Below are positions 11,571 through 25,300 of a stretch of DNA of 64,000 nucleotides, in pieces (the stretch's first letter is position 1; each line of letters starts with the position of its first letter). The stretch is taken from positions 124,001 to 188,000 of the forward strand of contig NMRA01000705.1 of assembly GCA_002633005.1 (NCBI GenBank), written 5' to 3'. Source of the DNA: Phoronis australis. Its lineage: Eukaryota > Animalia > Phoronida. Both the position numbers and the translations under genes were made by a program. Under the pieces are notes generated by a model, which searched no databases, was not told the DNA's origin, and was given only the letters and a program-made list of their open reading frames with translations.

Positions 11571-12155
11571 GACAGTGACCACTGTCTTATTGGCACGTAG
11601 GATGGTGGAGCTCCTGTAGGTGCTTCATACGCCGGCAGCTTTTCAGTGAATTATGCCTTGCACTGACTAAAACATCAAAGTCACATTGTAATAAATACCT
11701 TTTTGCTCAAAAAGGGACTACTTAGGAGGCTGTCGATGTATGTAATTCCTTCCAACTCGAGCAAATACTCCCGTTATCAAACTTTTTCTTCAAGCAGTCC
11801 ATCGTGCAGTTCCCAGTCGGTATCTCACCATTTTTAACAATGCGCGTGCCAGGTGGTGTGACGTCATATCCCCTGGCACGCGCAGTGTTAAAATGGTGAG
11901 TTGCCGATTTTGGGAACTGAACGAGGGACTGCTCGAAGAAAAGTTTGATAACAAAGTTGTTCGAATTAGAAGGAATTTAATACATCGACGGCCTCCTAAG
12001 GTGTCCCGCTATGTGCAAAAGGTATTTATAACAACGTAGCATTGATATTTTAGTCAGTGCAAGGCATAATTCGCTGAAAATCTTCCAGCGTATGAAGCAC
12101 CTATAGGAGCTTCACTGTCTCTATTGTGGAAGCTGTAGAGACAGTGGTCACTGTC
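11571..12155. mobile_element. Fold-back (palindromic) MITE, about 585 bp
   Basis: Left and right halves are reverse complements about a central TGACGTCA (11859-66); related copies at 13874-14302 and about 36836-37107. Confidence 0.8.
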
Positions 12156-13873
12156 CTCCCAGAACTCTACAAACTACTGCAGGTAAGATGCAGATACACA
12201 CGTATGTACACAGTGACTATCCCAAGTCACACACACTGCAATAGCATGTCTGAACACTCAGACTTCACGGCGGCAACTCCCTAACTCGGAACTGCTTCTC
12301 AACAGGGATTCTGAAACTCCCAGGATGTGACGTAACTTCCGCTTGGTGTCACTACCATAGATTTACTATAGCGTATTCACTACACATGCATGTGTGCACA
12401 TGATGGAGTAATTAACACACGTCACCATGACTCTGGATACAGTTACGTTTAGTTGAGTTTCTCTCACGGGGTGCCATTTTGAAGAAGTTACGTGAAATTA
12501 GGTTAAGGGACACAAATCTTACAAATTTCACCTGATATCTTCCCACATGCTATTTTGCAAGTGCCACGCACCAGGTCACGCGCTTCGCTCAGTCTCGCGT
12601 TAGCCTTTGCCTAACTCATGTGACTCAGTTGAAATACTTTGTGGTTATCGTGCGCACAGTGAAAAAGTTAACGATGACCAAAAAAGTGGAGTTGAAATTT
12701 TTCGCCAAAGTTACCTTAATTCTTGTAGCTATGCTACATCGAAGACATGTATAGAAGCAGAAAGGATCACTGAAGAAAGTATTCAAGCACTTTTTTAAGT
12801 GATAGTTTTAAGTGTAGAATGTATTTTTGACGAGGTGAAAACTCTTAATCTTCTGTGTGCGGATTTCACATACCGCCCGTTTAAAATACACAGAACAAAA
12901 TTAGTACAGAAAGCGGTGGTAAGTATTGTATCCCCTAACCAGCCAACCAAGGGCCTATGTGTTGCTTATACTGTGTGTTAAGCTCTGATACCTCGAAATT
13001 GCAAACAGCCGGGTTAGTTCTACTCTTCACCTTGCCGTGAAACAATCAACATATAGAGCTAAAGACCGGCGGGGCTGCATGCAAAATCTGGGAGTCAACC
13101 GACACTCGCCTTGCTCGTTACATACCTTTAAGTGAAAAACAATCAAGTAAAATCATTTTCTTACCTAATTATCCGCCTTTTGTAACAAAGAAAGTATGTT
13201 GTCGTTTTAAAAGCAGTATGCTCATGACACACACATGCGCCATTTCCTAAAGTTTTGCGACATCTCTCGGTAGATGACAACAGCTTCGTAGCATCAAAAT
13301 TTGTTCTGAAATTGAGTTTGCTGGTGTCAAAATTCTATATAATTTATAATTAAGTGAAACCAGTTCAGATAATTTGTTGTGACATGTACGCAACCTCATG
13401 AAAGAATAACAGTTGATTGAAGATTCGGCAAAAAAAGAAATTGGTTAATTGGTGACGCAATACCTCATGGCGCCGAAACAGCGAAAGCCGACTCAAAAGA
13501 TTGCACCTCAAATTTAGCAACAGAATGACGGTAGAACAACAATTTTTCTAACACGGGTAAATAATTTAGTTTACTCATGGAAGAGTGTAGTTTTTAATGA
13601 CACTTATTTTGTGTCAGATTTTATCTGGTCAGTTTTTTACCACATCGGCTCAAAGCTGTAGCTTTGTACCAAGGCTACCTTTGCCCTTGGCCTTGGCCTG
13701 GGGCTACCAGTAGCCAGCCAGCTAGCTGTATGTAGACTTTGATCAAAATACAAGTAGGTACCATTGTGTCATGAGCTCCGTTAGACCCCGAAATTTCACA
13801 CAGCCCGGTAAGTTCTGCTCTCACCTCGCCATGAAACATAAATCAACATGTAGAGCTAATGACCGGTGAGGTT

Positions 13874-14302
13874 GACTGTGACCACCGTCTCTAGCTGGCT
13901 CAGTGTAGCTCCCATAGGAGCTTCATACGGCAGAAGCTTTTTGACGAATTATGCCTCACATTGGCTAAAACATCAAAGTTACATTGCTATAAATACCTTC
14001 TGCGCATAGAGAGGCACCTTAGGAGGTCGCTGGTGTCTTTAATTCCTTCGAACTTGAACGAATACTCCCCTTATCAAACTTTTTCTTCGAGCAGTCCCTC
14101 GTTCAGTTCCCAAAATTGGTAACTGGCCATTTTTATACTGCACATACCTGTAGATATGACATCATACCATCTGTCATATCACAACATGACTTTGATGTTT
14201 TAGTCAGTGTGAGGCATGATTCAAAAAGCTCTTGGCATATGAAGCTCCTATAGGAGCTACAACGTCTTTACTGAGCCAGCAAGAGACGGTAGTCACTGTC
14301 TA
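13874..14302. mobile_element. Second, internally deleted copy of the fold-back MITE
   Basis: GACTGTGACCACCGTCTC / GAGACGGTAGTCACTGTC ends; body matches 11571-12155. Confidence 0.75.
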
Positions 14303-14469
14303 TCTGCAGGGTTGCATGCAAAATCTGGGAGTCGACGGGCACTCGCTTCTTAATTCTTCTTCCTAATACACCAGACTTCAATAAGTTGAAGGCGCTGGTG
14401 GACGTCACTCTGGAGACAATATTGTTAACGAATTAATAAGCGATCAAGTGTAACAGTTGAGATGCATAG

Positions 14470-14632
14470 TGTAGATTAAAAACAAACGTGTACACTGTCT
14501 TGCTTTTGGGAGTGTTCTGAGCCACCAATCCTATCATGGAAGGTAGCAACATAGGGAGCACTCACAGTGTTTAGGTTGAGATTGTTCCACAACCTAATGC
14601 TGGATGGGAAGAAGCTATGGAAATAATAAGTG
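14470..14632 (-). mobile_element. 3' fragment of a CR1/L2/Jockey-group LINE
   Basis: YFHSFFPSSIRLWNNL resembles the SFFPR..R.WN.L C-terminal LINE motif. Confidence 0.6.
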
Positions 14633-16116
14633 AAAAGCAATCTAGTAAATGTCATTTTCTTGCATATTTCTCTGCCTTTTGTAACAAAGAAAAGTCTGTC
14701 ATCATTTTGAAAGCGGTACACTCGTGACATGCCCACACACCATTTCCTAAAATTTTGTGACATCTCTCGGGAGATGATGACAGCTTTGTAGCAGCAAAAT
14801 TTGTTCTGAAATACAGTTTGCTAAAAACTTGTAACTAAATTCAACAAGCTCTGATAATTTGTTGTGACATCTATGCAACCTCATGGAAGAAAAGAATAAT
14901 TGATTGAAGAATGGGGGGAAAAAGAAACTGGCCAATAGGTGATACAATGTTTCATGGTGCCGAAAGCCATGCACCACAGTTTTAGCAGCAGAATAGCAAT
15001 AGAACGCCAATTTTTCTTACCCCGGTATATAATTTAGTTCACTCAAAGAAGAGTATAGGTTTTTGATGACAATAATTTTGTGTCAGATTTTATTTGTTCA
15101 CTTGTTTATCCACATCGGTGCAAAGCTATATATTTTGTGTATATCTTTGCACCAAGGCTACCTTGGGGCATTTATTATATCGTTTTTCACTTAAACGGCT
15201 GCAACAGGCAAGGTGAGATTTTGCATGCACCCCACCGGCCGTTAGCTCTAGATGCTATGTGTTTACCCATGAGGTGATGAACAAAACTACCTGGGCTGTG
15301 TGAAATGTAGGGGTCTAATGGAGCTCAACACAGTGGTATAAAGTTGCATTTTGATGATAGTCTTCATACAGTGAGCTGGCTGACTACCTTGTAGCAGGAC
15401 TTAAGCCCTGCTGTAAAGTCTGTCTCAAACCACTGCTATTCACGTGCTGGCTTTGCTTGCAACTGCAAGCAAAGCCAGCACATGAAATGTAGAATCTGCG
15501 ACCTTCACAATAGTTTAAATACATTCCCAGATTACAAAATTATCGTCCTCTGTTCTGTTCATGTTTCCTGCACAAGAATTACCAAATGAAACCAAAATTT
15601 GTCATTGAAAAAGGCTAGCTTCAAAATGGAGACTTTGACATCCTTTTTCATTTACTCCAGATTAAGAACTCGAGGGTCGGTCTCGTTTGTGTATCAACCA
15701 ATGGCATTCAGGTGTAAAGTAGTTCATTGGGTTAACTGCTGACATCTTATTACAAATCCTGACTTCAACTTACGGTAGTATACTTATTAGCAAGATGGTG
15801 TCAAGAGCAAGATATTTATGTGGAAAATGTTGACATTTTTACATGTACTGCCGACTTCTTTCATTAAATGACTTTTTCTTGTTTTCATTAGGAACTGGTA
15901 TTGTATATTGCAATGTCTGGGCAAAACTATGTTCACCAGTTTAACAACCTTTGGAAGCGTGTCTTGAAATACTTATTTACAAGCCCAAATCTGTAAGTGG
16001 CGAATATGTCCTCACCCACATTTTCGAGCGGACATATTCATCTGTGTCCAGTGCTGATTTTGCATGGTCACCTTTTGGAAACTGCCCATTTCAGCCATTC
16101 CTTTATCGTTTCAGGA

Positions 16117-16312
16117 ATGCCCCCTCGTAAGCCTAAGCAGAAGGCTGTTGTCCAGGCTAAGACTATCCTCTATCAGTTGAATTGTGAATGGCAAGACTGC
16201 TGCTCGTGCTTTGACTCAATAGAGGGCCTACTAAGTCATGTCTCGGACCATCTCCAGCTATTTTTGGTGAAAGTAAATGAAAGTCTTTGGTCGGTTTCTC
16301 AAGATCAAGAAG
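16117..16312 (+). CDS. HINFP: HINFP coding exon 1
   Basis: [20 protein letters not shown]; acceptor 2 nt before the ATG implies an upstream non-coding exon. Confidence 0.9.
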
Positions 16313-19300
16313 GTAACTCGCAAACATTTTTGAGTCTGGTCTGGTAACTAGTTTTAATTATTGTCTGCAGTAATCGTCTGTGTTAGTGCCCGAATTTAGC
16401 TCACACTCCAATTTTAAAAATGATCTTTTTTAAATACCCATGTTCTGTAAAATAACATCCAATTTATAGACTGAATTTTAGTCTCTTGAAACAACCAGGT
16501 CTATCATTGCAACCATGAAAAATTGCAGCTTCCAGAACTAAAGTATTCATTTACCTGTGACTCATGAACAGTACATTGATTGTACTGCTACTTGTGGAGG
16601 TAATGTAGCCAACATAACTGCATGGGGATCCCTCCTGCAACGTCTTCAAAAACCTCTTAATACGCTGTGCAACTCTACTCTTAGATTAAAGTTGTTTCCT
16701 GGTCTCTTTCCATGCAGCCAAGACCACGTGTGAGTGGCGAGAATGTGGTTGCCAGTTGGACGCTGACGTTCCCACCATCTCTCGCCATGTGTTCTTCCAC
16801 GCCTTCCATACCAAGATCAAGTTCATCGGACAGACCCTTCTAGAGCGTAGTTCCCTGACTGGCTGTACACTGGACTCCGGTGGCAGGAATATGATCCCGG
16901 AACTACCCGAGAGTCTGACCTGTGGCTGGGACACATGCGGAGTGAGTTGCCGTAGTGACCGCTGATAGTGGAATGCTTGATAACGCTTGTTCTTAAAGTA
17001 TTCTTTCCCTTGTTTCAAGAGTTCATAATATAAGACATACTTCATCATTTCAAAGGTGTCAGAAGAGAAAAACATCTTTCAAAAATAACTACAGTTTTTA
17101 TGTATTTGCGTTTTTATGCGCAGACGTGTTCGTGGGGTACATATTGCCATCATCTCTGCTTGAGTGTCTGATGTCCATAGCTGTATGTCGTAAGCCCCTC
17201 ACATGATCTTAACCAGATTTGGTATATGTGTTCCTATGATGATGACAACGGACCGATCCCACTACCGGTGTGGCCCCTAGTGGAAATTTTATTTTCTTAC
17301 CTTTTGCTCTGTATCTTTGGTATTCTTGGGTGGATTTTCATTAAATTTAAATTTGCAAGTAGATTTCTATAAAGATGGCAACACGTTTCCATTTTAGAGT
17401 GGCTTTGACGATTCGGCTCTGCCTAGTGCCCATTTTTAAAATTTTTGAGTCAGTTTTTTTGGTGTCCACGTTTCTATCTGCCAAACTGCTTGAACATTAT
17501 GAAAATTGACTGGTGTGTTCTAATGAGATGACTGCGGCTAACGAAGATTTCCAGATGGGTGTTACTACTCTGGCACCCCCTCGTAGTGATTTTTGTTTTT
17601 TGTGTCTGCAGCTGTATCTCCTTAGCCCTTTACAAGAACTTTGTGATATTTGGCTGATATGTTGATGTGTTTCCATGGAGCTGACAACAGCTGATGACTA
17701 GTTTCAGACCAATCCAAATATTGGTGTGCGTTCTAGTGGCAATTTTGTTATTTTTTTTGTTTTCCTCTATATGTTCGGAGTTCATTGTGTCCGTTTTCTG
17801 ATGCCTGCCTCCCTATCTGCCATATCACTCAAGGGATCATTAGGGAAATTTACAGACGTGTTCTTGATGAGAAGGCCACATCCCACATTGACTTTCGGAT
17901 GGGTCTGACTACTGTGTTTTGCACCCTAGTGGCTATTTTGTTTTTTTGTGTCTGTGGTTGAATCTCCTTAACCCTGTGAAGGAGCTTTGTGAAATGTTTT
18001 CCCTGGCACCATTCTACCATAAGTACACCTCGTTTACTCAATGTTATGACAATTTTGTGAATGAAAGTACTGAAGGTATACGAAGCTGTTCTGTACCTGG
18101 CGGGAAATTCGATTTGATTGAAAGCCCTTTAACCTTTAACCTCGAATAAGTAGTAAACAAATATCCACACGGTTGTGCGGTACAAAGGTAGTTCTGTTAA
18201 ATCTTTTTTTTCTCGCTATTCAGTATACATTTTGTATTTGAAGTTCCCCGAGAATGAAGATAAGATATTTTACTAGACACGTGAAATATTGTAAAAATGG
18301 CCATTTTTTGTGAATAAGGTTTGAGATTTATCCTTAATGGGTTTTCATGAAATTTGCCGAATAGGTATCTATTAGATGCCACAATGACATTTTCAAATGG
18401 ATTCAATGTATTTTGCACTACTTATTAGCCATTTTCAGTTTTTAGGATTGGTCTGTGTTTTGCCCAAACCACCGTAAGGGTGATTATGAAAGTTGGCAGG
18501 TATGTTCCTACTGAGGAGAGGATAGCTGACAATGATTTGCAGACGACTCCGAGTATAATGGCTCCTCCATTTTGTTTTTTATTTCTGTGGCTGTACCTCC
18601 TAAACCCTTTGCAAGATCTTAGTTAAACTTGGCAAGTGTAGTTATATGAAGATTACTACAAATGACGACGACTTTCAGATGGATCCAACAACTGCTCTGT
18701 ATCTTTGGAGTTCCTGGATGGATTTTTATGAAATGTGGTAAATAGATTTCCATTAAAGAGGTGATGACATCTCTGTTTTCAGATGGGTTCAATGTTGCAC
18801 ACGACACATAGTGGCCGTTTTTACTATTTTTGAGTCTGTTTTTTGCGTCCACCTCTCTGTCACCCAAACCACTCTTAGAAAAGTTAACATATATCTTCTT
18901 ACTGGGAATAGGTCATGTGACGATGATTTTTGGATGGTGGCTCCTTGTGGCAGTTTCATTTTTGTTGCGTCCATGGCTTTATCTCCTGAACCCTCTGCAA
19001 TGGCATCTCTCAGCACGCCACCTAGTGGCATTTTTTATTATTTTTGAGTCTGCAGTTTTTGGTGTTTGGCTCTTTGTCAGCCAAACCACTTTTTGGATGA
19101 TTATGAAAATTGACAAATATTTTCTTAATGGGAAGAGGATGTGTGGCAATGAGTTTGGACCGTGACAACAGATGACGACATTTGGACGTATCTGACATAT
19201 CTGACCACCTGGCCCCAGTGCCAGTTTTCATGGGCTTGGCAAGTGTATTCCTATTGAGGAGAGCATTGTTGACTTGCTATGCACCCCCTAGAAGCTATCG

Positions 19301-22300
19301 TAAGTTTATTAGCACTGCTCCATTTAGTGAGAACATTTAAAAGTAATAATCATCCCTTGTATCTGAGCTGTGTGTGATGCACATGGTGGACACATATCAA
19401 TGCTCTGCTTTGCTCTTGTTTCTTTCGTTGAGTTTTTCAGTACCTAAGATCTCCATTTGTCTTTAAAATCATATGACTGGTTTCAGATATTGGCATATTT
19501 TCACCATTTCTGACATCCTCTTTCAGTGCATATTCGACAACCCAGAACTGTTCTATCGTCATGTTGACACTCATATTGAAGGGTTTGAGAAGGGCAACAA
19601 GCCAGACTCACCTGTTAAGTGTTACTGGGAAGGTAAACTTTTGATTCAACATATATCTTTTCATCAGCCTTATGATATCCAATGTCAAGCACACAAAGAT
19701 TTTATGCTCTGTTAAAAATCTGACAAGATGTATTTGGTACAGGTAATCAGTAAAACATGTTTGAATGAAATATTGTTATCAAATTTTGCTATTGTGACAC
19801 TTCAAAAAATTTTCTGTAAGTTCTTAACTTGGAAAGTTATGTAGCTACTTAGAGGGGAAACTTACCTCTGTTGAGTATTTCCATAATGTCATTTCAAGTA
19901 AATCAACTTCATAGGATTGTATCTCAGAATCCGATATAACTTTGAGGTACTATAAAATATTCACTGTTCCGCCAAACTCTTGTTAGGTATAATAATTGTT
20001 TTTAAGTCATATCACTTTTGCCTAAGGTACAGTTAAAAACTTTGTTATAACATGTTATTCCTAGCATCTTCTCACTTATAATGCTGTGCTGAAAACTGGT
20101 CATGAATTGAAACATCACTTCTTAGTTTTGCTGTACTTTACAAATTACTTACAGGTTGTCATCATGTGCTGAAGTCACGTCATAAGTTGAAACATCACTT
20201 GCGAAGTCACAGTCAAGAGAAGGTGGTGGCATGTCCTGTATGTGGCAGTTTGTTTGCCAACAACACTAAACTGTTGGATCATGTCTCTAGGCAGATGGGT
20301 GCTGGTAAGGGCTCATTTCTTAACTAGATTTTTAGACCACATTTCCAGACAGGCAGGCGCTGGCGAGGGATTCATTTCTTAAGTTATACATGCCTATCCC
20401 AGTTGTTAGAGGTTGAAAATTGTGATAAAGAAAAGGGGTCCAACAAGGACATCTAGAGGAAATCTAGGTGGTCCAACTAAACATCATCACTCAAACTGAG
20501 ACACCTTAGCTAGTACCCTGTGGGCATTTGGATATTCTGTTCACATTTGGACTCCAAAGAAGTAAACACATGAAGCATGTGTGTTTTGTCTTGCTACCAG
20601 CAGTGGTGGGGGCTCCTTGGCCTGTCCAGAATACAATAAAATTTGGTTAAGTTTACATGTAAGGTACGATAAACTTTATTGCAGCAACGTGACTTGGGAT
20701 CATAAACACACAGATGCGCGTCATTGATCTTTGGCACCTTAAGAAACTGGCATGGGAAACCCATTCTGAGCGCCCTGTTTTTGAAATCCATCTAGTATGT
20801 GTCTTTAAACCTATGGAAAGTAGTTTGTATTCATGATGCTTCATGATGACTCCAGGTTTTGTCAGTAGACCATGAGAACACGAGGTCTGATGGAGTGGTT
20901 AATACTCCATTGCAAACATCTAGTCCGCAGTTATCTGTTTTTGAAATAGTACTACATTTGTCTTTAGTTACATGTACCATTTCAAGATGATACATGTACA
21001 TTTGTTCTTAGCTACATACTCAAGATGGTACAGGTACATTTGTCTTTAGCTACATATATCATTTCAAGATCATGGTACACTTACATTAATTTGTCTTTAG
21101 TTGCATGCACCATTTCAAGATGGTACATTATACATAGCATTCAATCATTCTGCAAGGTGTTACTAACAATATCTAAATATGTTCAATGCTAGATAAATGA
21201 ATATATATAACAATGTGTCTTTTTACCTTCTGTCAATCCATGATGATTGAGAAAGAAACACTAACTAGAGCATTCTTTTTATTTCCTGCTACTGATTGAC
21301 ATGTGCCATCAACATTACAATTCATGAGTGATACTTCCTATCACTCTGACAATACTGAGAGTCACGCAATAAACTACTGAGTTTCGTGTGGCAACTGTGA
21401 CTTGCAACAAGTTGTCACTAACACTTATTGTTATTATGAAAACTACCCAGTGAGTGACTTGTGATATCAATACACAACTCCTCCATGACATTTGTTATCA
21501 ATATCACAAGTTGTCACTAACACTTACTGTTATTATGAAAACTACCCAGTGAGTGACTTGTGATATCAATACAAATTTCCTCCATGACATCTGTTATCAA
21601 TATCACAAGTTGTCACTAACACTTACTGTTATTATAACAACTACCCAGGGACATAATATGTGATGTCAATGTGTCATATATTGAGTGACAGGCACATGTG
21701 CCATCAACTGACAACAATGAGTACAATCACCTAAAACATGCCAGAATACATGGCTCACACCAGTGCACCTAATTGATATCTACTAACTCTATTTTCTGTT
21801 TGAGTCTTCTGGAAAGTCGTTGATGATCTCAGCTGTTCTGTAGTGCTTTAGGTGTAGCCTCGAAGAAATTAGTTAACCTAGCTAGGAGCCAGTCACCTGC
21901 TGGAGTTGGTAGTAAGTTAGCTATGAAGTAGAGGAGGAAGGCTCCCTGGCCAGGTCTGTAGTAGGCGCAAGGGTAACAGGATGTCAGAGCATGTTGAATG
22001 GAGTCTGTTACTGGGCGTAGATCTATGGCTGACTCTATGGCATTCCTCTGGTAGTCTGCAACATACATTAGAGATACACGCTGATTGATTAACAGTCTCT
22101 GTCCACAAAAGATAACTGTTAATGGTGACAATTCAGTGGATGTTGGACTAGTCATTGATGCTACGCTGTTGAAATTGGTCAGCAGATGTTGCCCCTTTTT
22201 CACCACAAAGCACCTCTTGTTATTTCTCAGTTGAAACTAAGGCATTGCTGTGGGCCTGCTATCATTAATGTAGTTGATGTGAATCGTGCACAGTTGTCTT

Positions 22301-25300
22301 CTTTTCTTTATCAAGATTTATGCTGAAATTTCACCATCTTCACAGTGAACTGTCACTTTATTTGACAAACTTCTTAATAGTCTTAGTACTTGTGAAAGCA
22401 TATCATGTGTTATAAACTAATGCTGGCCACGTTTCAATTAAATTTTAATCTGTCCATACCTATCTTAAAATAATCCCGACCATAGTCTTCTTGTACTGTC
22501 GTATCGCACTCATCGTACCAGTCTGTAAGCACATCTGTTCTCACATTGTCTGTGATGTCTGAAATATATTGTATGCTACATGGTTGTGTTGAAGTCAAAT
22601 AATTGTACTCGTTTCCCTTTATGTTGTTGAAGATGGCCTGTCTTAACGAGACATTATCAGTTTATGTTCCTATTTTGGGATTCTCGTTTGGTGGTATAGT
22701 TACACTTCTTGAAGTTTTTGCCTTTGACTAGAGCTATCAAACAATAAAATCTGATTTTATTACAAATTGCTAATTCACGCCTTTGTCTACCAGACATGTG
22801 CTGAAACCAAGGTTTGTAACTTAATGCCAGTTAAATACAATTAATATACCTTTCATTCATCGATTTGTATTTAGTTATGCCAACACGGGATTAGACTGAG
22901 ACTGCAGGGGTTCCAGGTTCAATTTTCTACTGAGGCTGATCTCCAATCTGTTCTCATCGATATGTCCCTTTACTGAGTTTCTAGTGAATGGCTATTGTTT
23001 AGTCTGCAATTTACCTGGCTCCTGAAATTAATCAATTCTCAAGAACTATATTTTTGCCTCACTATATCATGAATGTACTATCCTTTGTTGAAATGGGACC
23101 CTGGTTTTCAGTGTGAAATGAAATATTCTCTTCCATAAGATTTGACATTGAATTAGTTTGAGCTTTTCCCTTTTCTTTAACTTTTTCATTTATTTGTAGT
23201 TATAAAAGTTATACATGGAGTGCTGATTATTCAAGGGGTAGATACTTAAGTCCACTAAGTTCTGTGGAATCCCAAAAAATCCTTTGTTATACTGTTGAAT
23301 CTAATGAGCAGATCAAAATTACAGAACAGCATGGCTTGATGGATCAAATCCTGCAGCTGCTCTAGAATGGAAATTTGCAGGCTGGACAATTTTTTTTTGT
23401 GAATTTAGTTTTATTTACTTTCAGCACACCAGGTTTTCTTCAGACAGTGATGTTGACTGTTGACATGTTTAATTTCATAGGGTGTTGTGGCTACTCATCT
23501 GGTTCGAGCACGGAATTTGATTGCAGGCATAAGTTTCATCCTTTGCCATTGTGTTTTGCTTGGCTTGGCCACTGGATTTAATGTACATACTGCTGCTGCT
23601 GCTGCTGCTGCTCAATTTGGTTGTCCAGCCAGAGTATGAATCCTGCTCTATTGTTTCCAGTTCTTGTGATTGAAGCAGATCGATACTTACTGGTTTTAAA
23701 TCCAGCCGGCATGAGTGTAGACACTGATACGCCCCACCTGGACATCTCCAGACGCAGAGTGTGGGCAAACATCTCCACTGCAGCTTTACTGGCGCTGTAG
23801 ACGCCCAGTCTCATCATTGGACACGTACCTGGAAAGAAGCTCATCATGTCTTAGAAGCCATTGCAGCAGAACTGGGACCTGTGTCTCAAAGAGTATTTAG
23901 CTTTTTAATTCCCGCTTAAGAATTGGTATGCAGCCCCTTTACCATTTCAGGAAAGTCAGGCTAAGGCTGATAGTCAGAAAATCCAACTTCAACTCGAAAC
24001 AACTTCGACAAGCACAAAAGACAAAAAATCAGTTTTAGGTTGTTCGCAGTCAGATTTCTGGCTTTTGGCTAAAGACAAAAGCCAACGGACACTTCAGGAA
24101 ACAGGCCCCTGTGTGTTGATACGGATGTGCCACCACACTGGGTGGGGGTATTTTGCCTTCTCTGGTGTCAGTGCTTGAGTGTATTTTGGTGATATAATCT
24201 CGAGTGAATAAGAGAAAGAAGAGGTGACATTGGATGTTTGATAAGATTTGTTTGGTTTCTGGTTGAGCTTTTTGTAATTTGGTGCTGCCTTGGATACCCA
24301 TTGGCCCACCTTTCCCTGATATTGCTCTGGTCAAAATTTTGAGTTTGACACCCCCATAACCATGCGGATGAGAACCCGGGGCATCAACTGGCCCAAAACT
24401 CAAAAATGTTCCAGGTATCATTGCCAAGCTTTGGACGCTGCACAGTTATAATCAAGTGGTGAATATTTTGATGTGGACAACATGCTGTCTGTTACTTAAT
24501 CAGTAAAATTACTGTTCCTCACTCAATGTGTCATCCACCTGGTGGACACATTTCGTTATTGCTTGTCATGGGTTAATGTGATAATAATTAATGAGATTGT
24601 GAACATACTTTGTATGTGTTGGTGTACACGGGTATGCTGTACCTGCTTCCTGTCTCTCACCTGCAACACTGGACATGAACACCAATCGTCCCCCTGACTG
24701 CCGTATGAAGGGCAGGAACATCTTGGTCACCCTGACTGTACCCATTACATTCACATCTATCAACTGCTGTATCACTCTCATTGGCATCATCTCTACGTCT
24801 CCAAGGTAAAGGATCCCTGCATTGTTCACCAGTCCCCACAGTCCTAGGTTATATGTCATTAGATTCTCATTGATCGTTAGCAGAACTAGGTTGCATTTAT
24901 GCCATTGTATTCTCATGGGTGGTAAACCTTGTAGTTGTTATAAACCTGCCTTCCGTCAAAAATAACCTGATGTAGACAATTTAACTGTTATAAAACTGGT
25001 CTCAACTTGTCTCTTCTCAGATTAGCACTGATTTCTGGACTTGAGGGAAGTTACTGTACGTTATTGGTCGAGACTGTATAAGCCCAGTACGTTGCCTTGA
25101 CTCATCAGGTTACTGTATATTCTTTAAGCATAATCTCAATGAATCACAAACAGCCAGTGCTTTTCAAGGCCAGAAATACTTTCTGATATTAGTAAGGAGA
25201 ATGGCATTCAAGCCTAGTTTTAAAGCAGTAAGTTGTTTGTATTTGACAAGTTGCATGGATGGCACCTTGGCCAAATTTTACGGGTCTGTCTTACTTAGGA

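Larger units (their letters stand above)
13040..15390. mobile_element. Nest of related non-autonomous elements
   Basis: 13130-13690 recurs directly at 14630-15165; 13706-13873 plus 14305-14330 is inverted at 15215-15385; fold-back MITE inserted at 13874-14302. Confidence 0.6.

Noticed and set aside
16686-17075. 129-aa minus-strand ORF
   Set aside because: Antisense shadow of HINFP exon 2 with no independent features.
23578-23690. PolyQ/polyS tract in the SDR ORF
   Set aside because: The (CTG)7 lies past the donor at 23691 and is intronic.
24050-24427. 125-aa ORF in an SDR intron
   Set aside because: No domain or fitting splice phases; the sequence looks like a decayed repeat.
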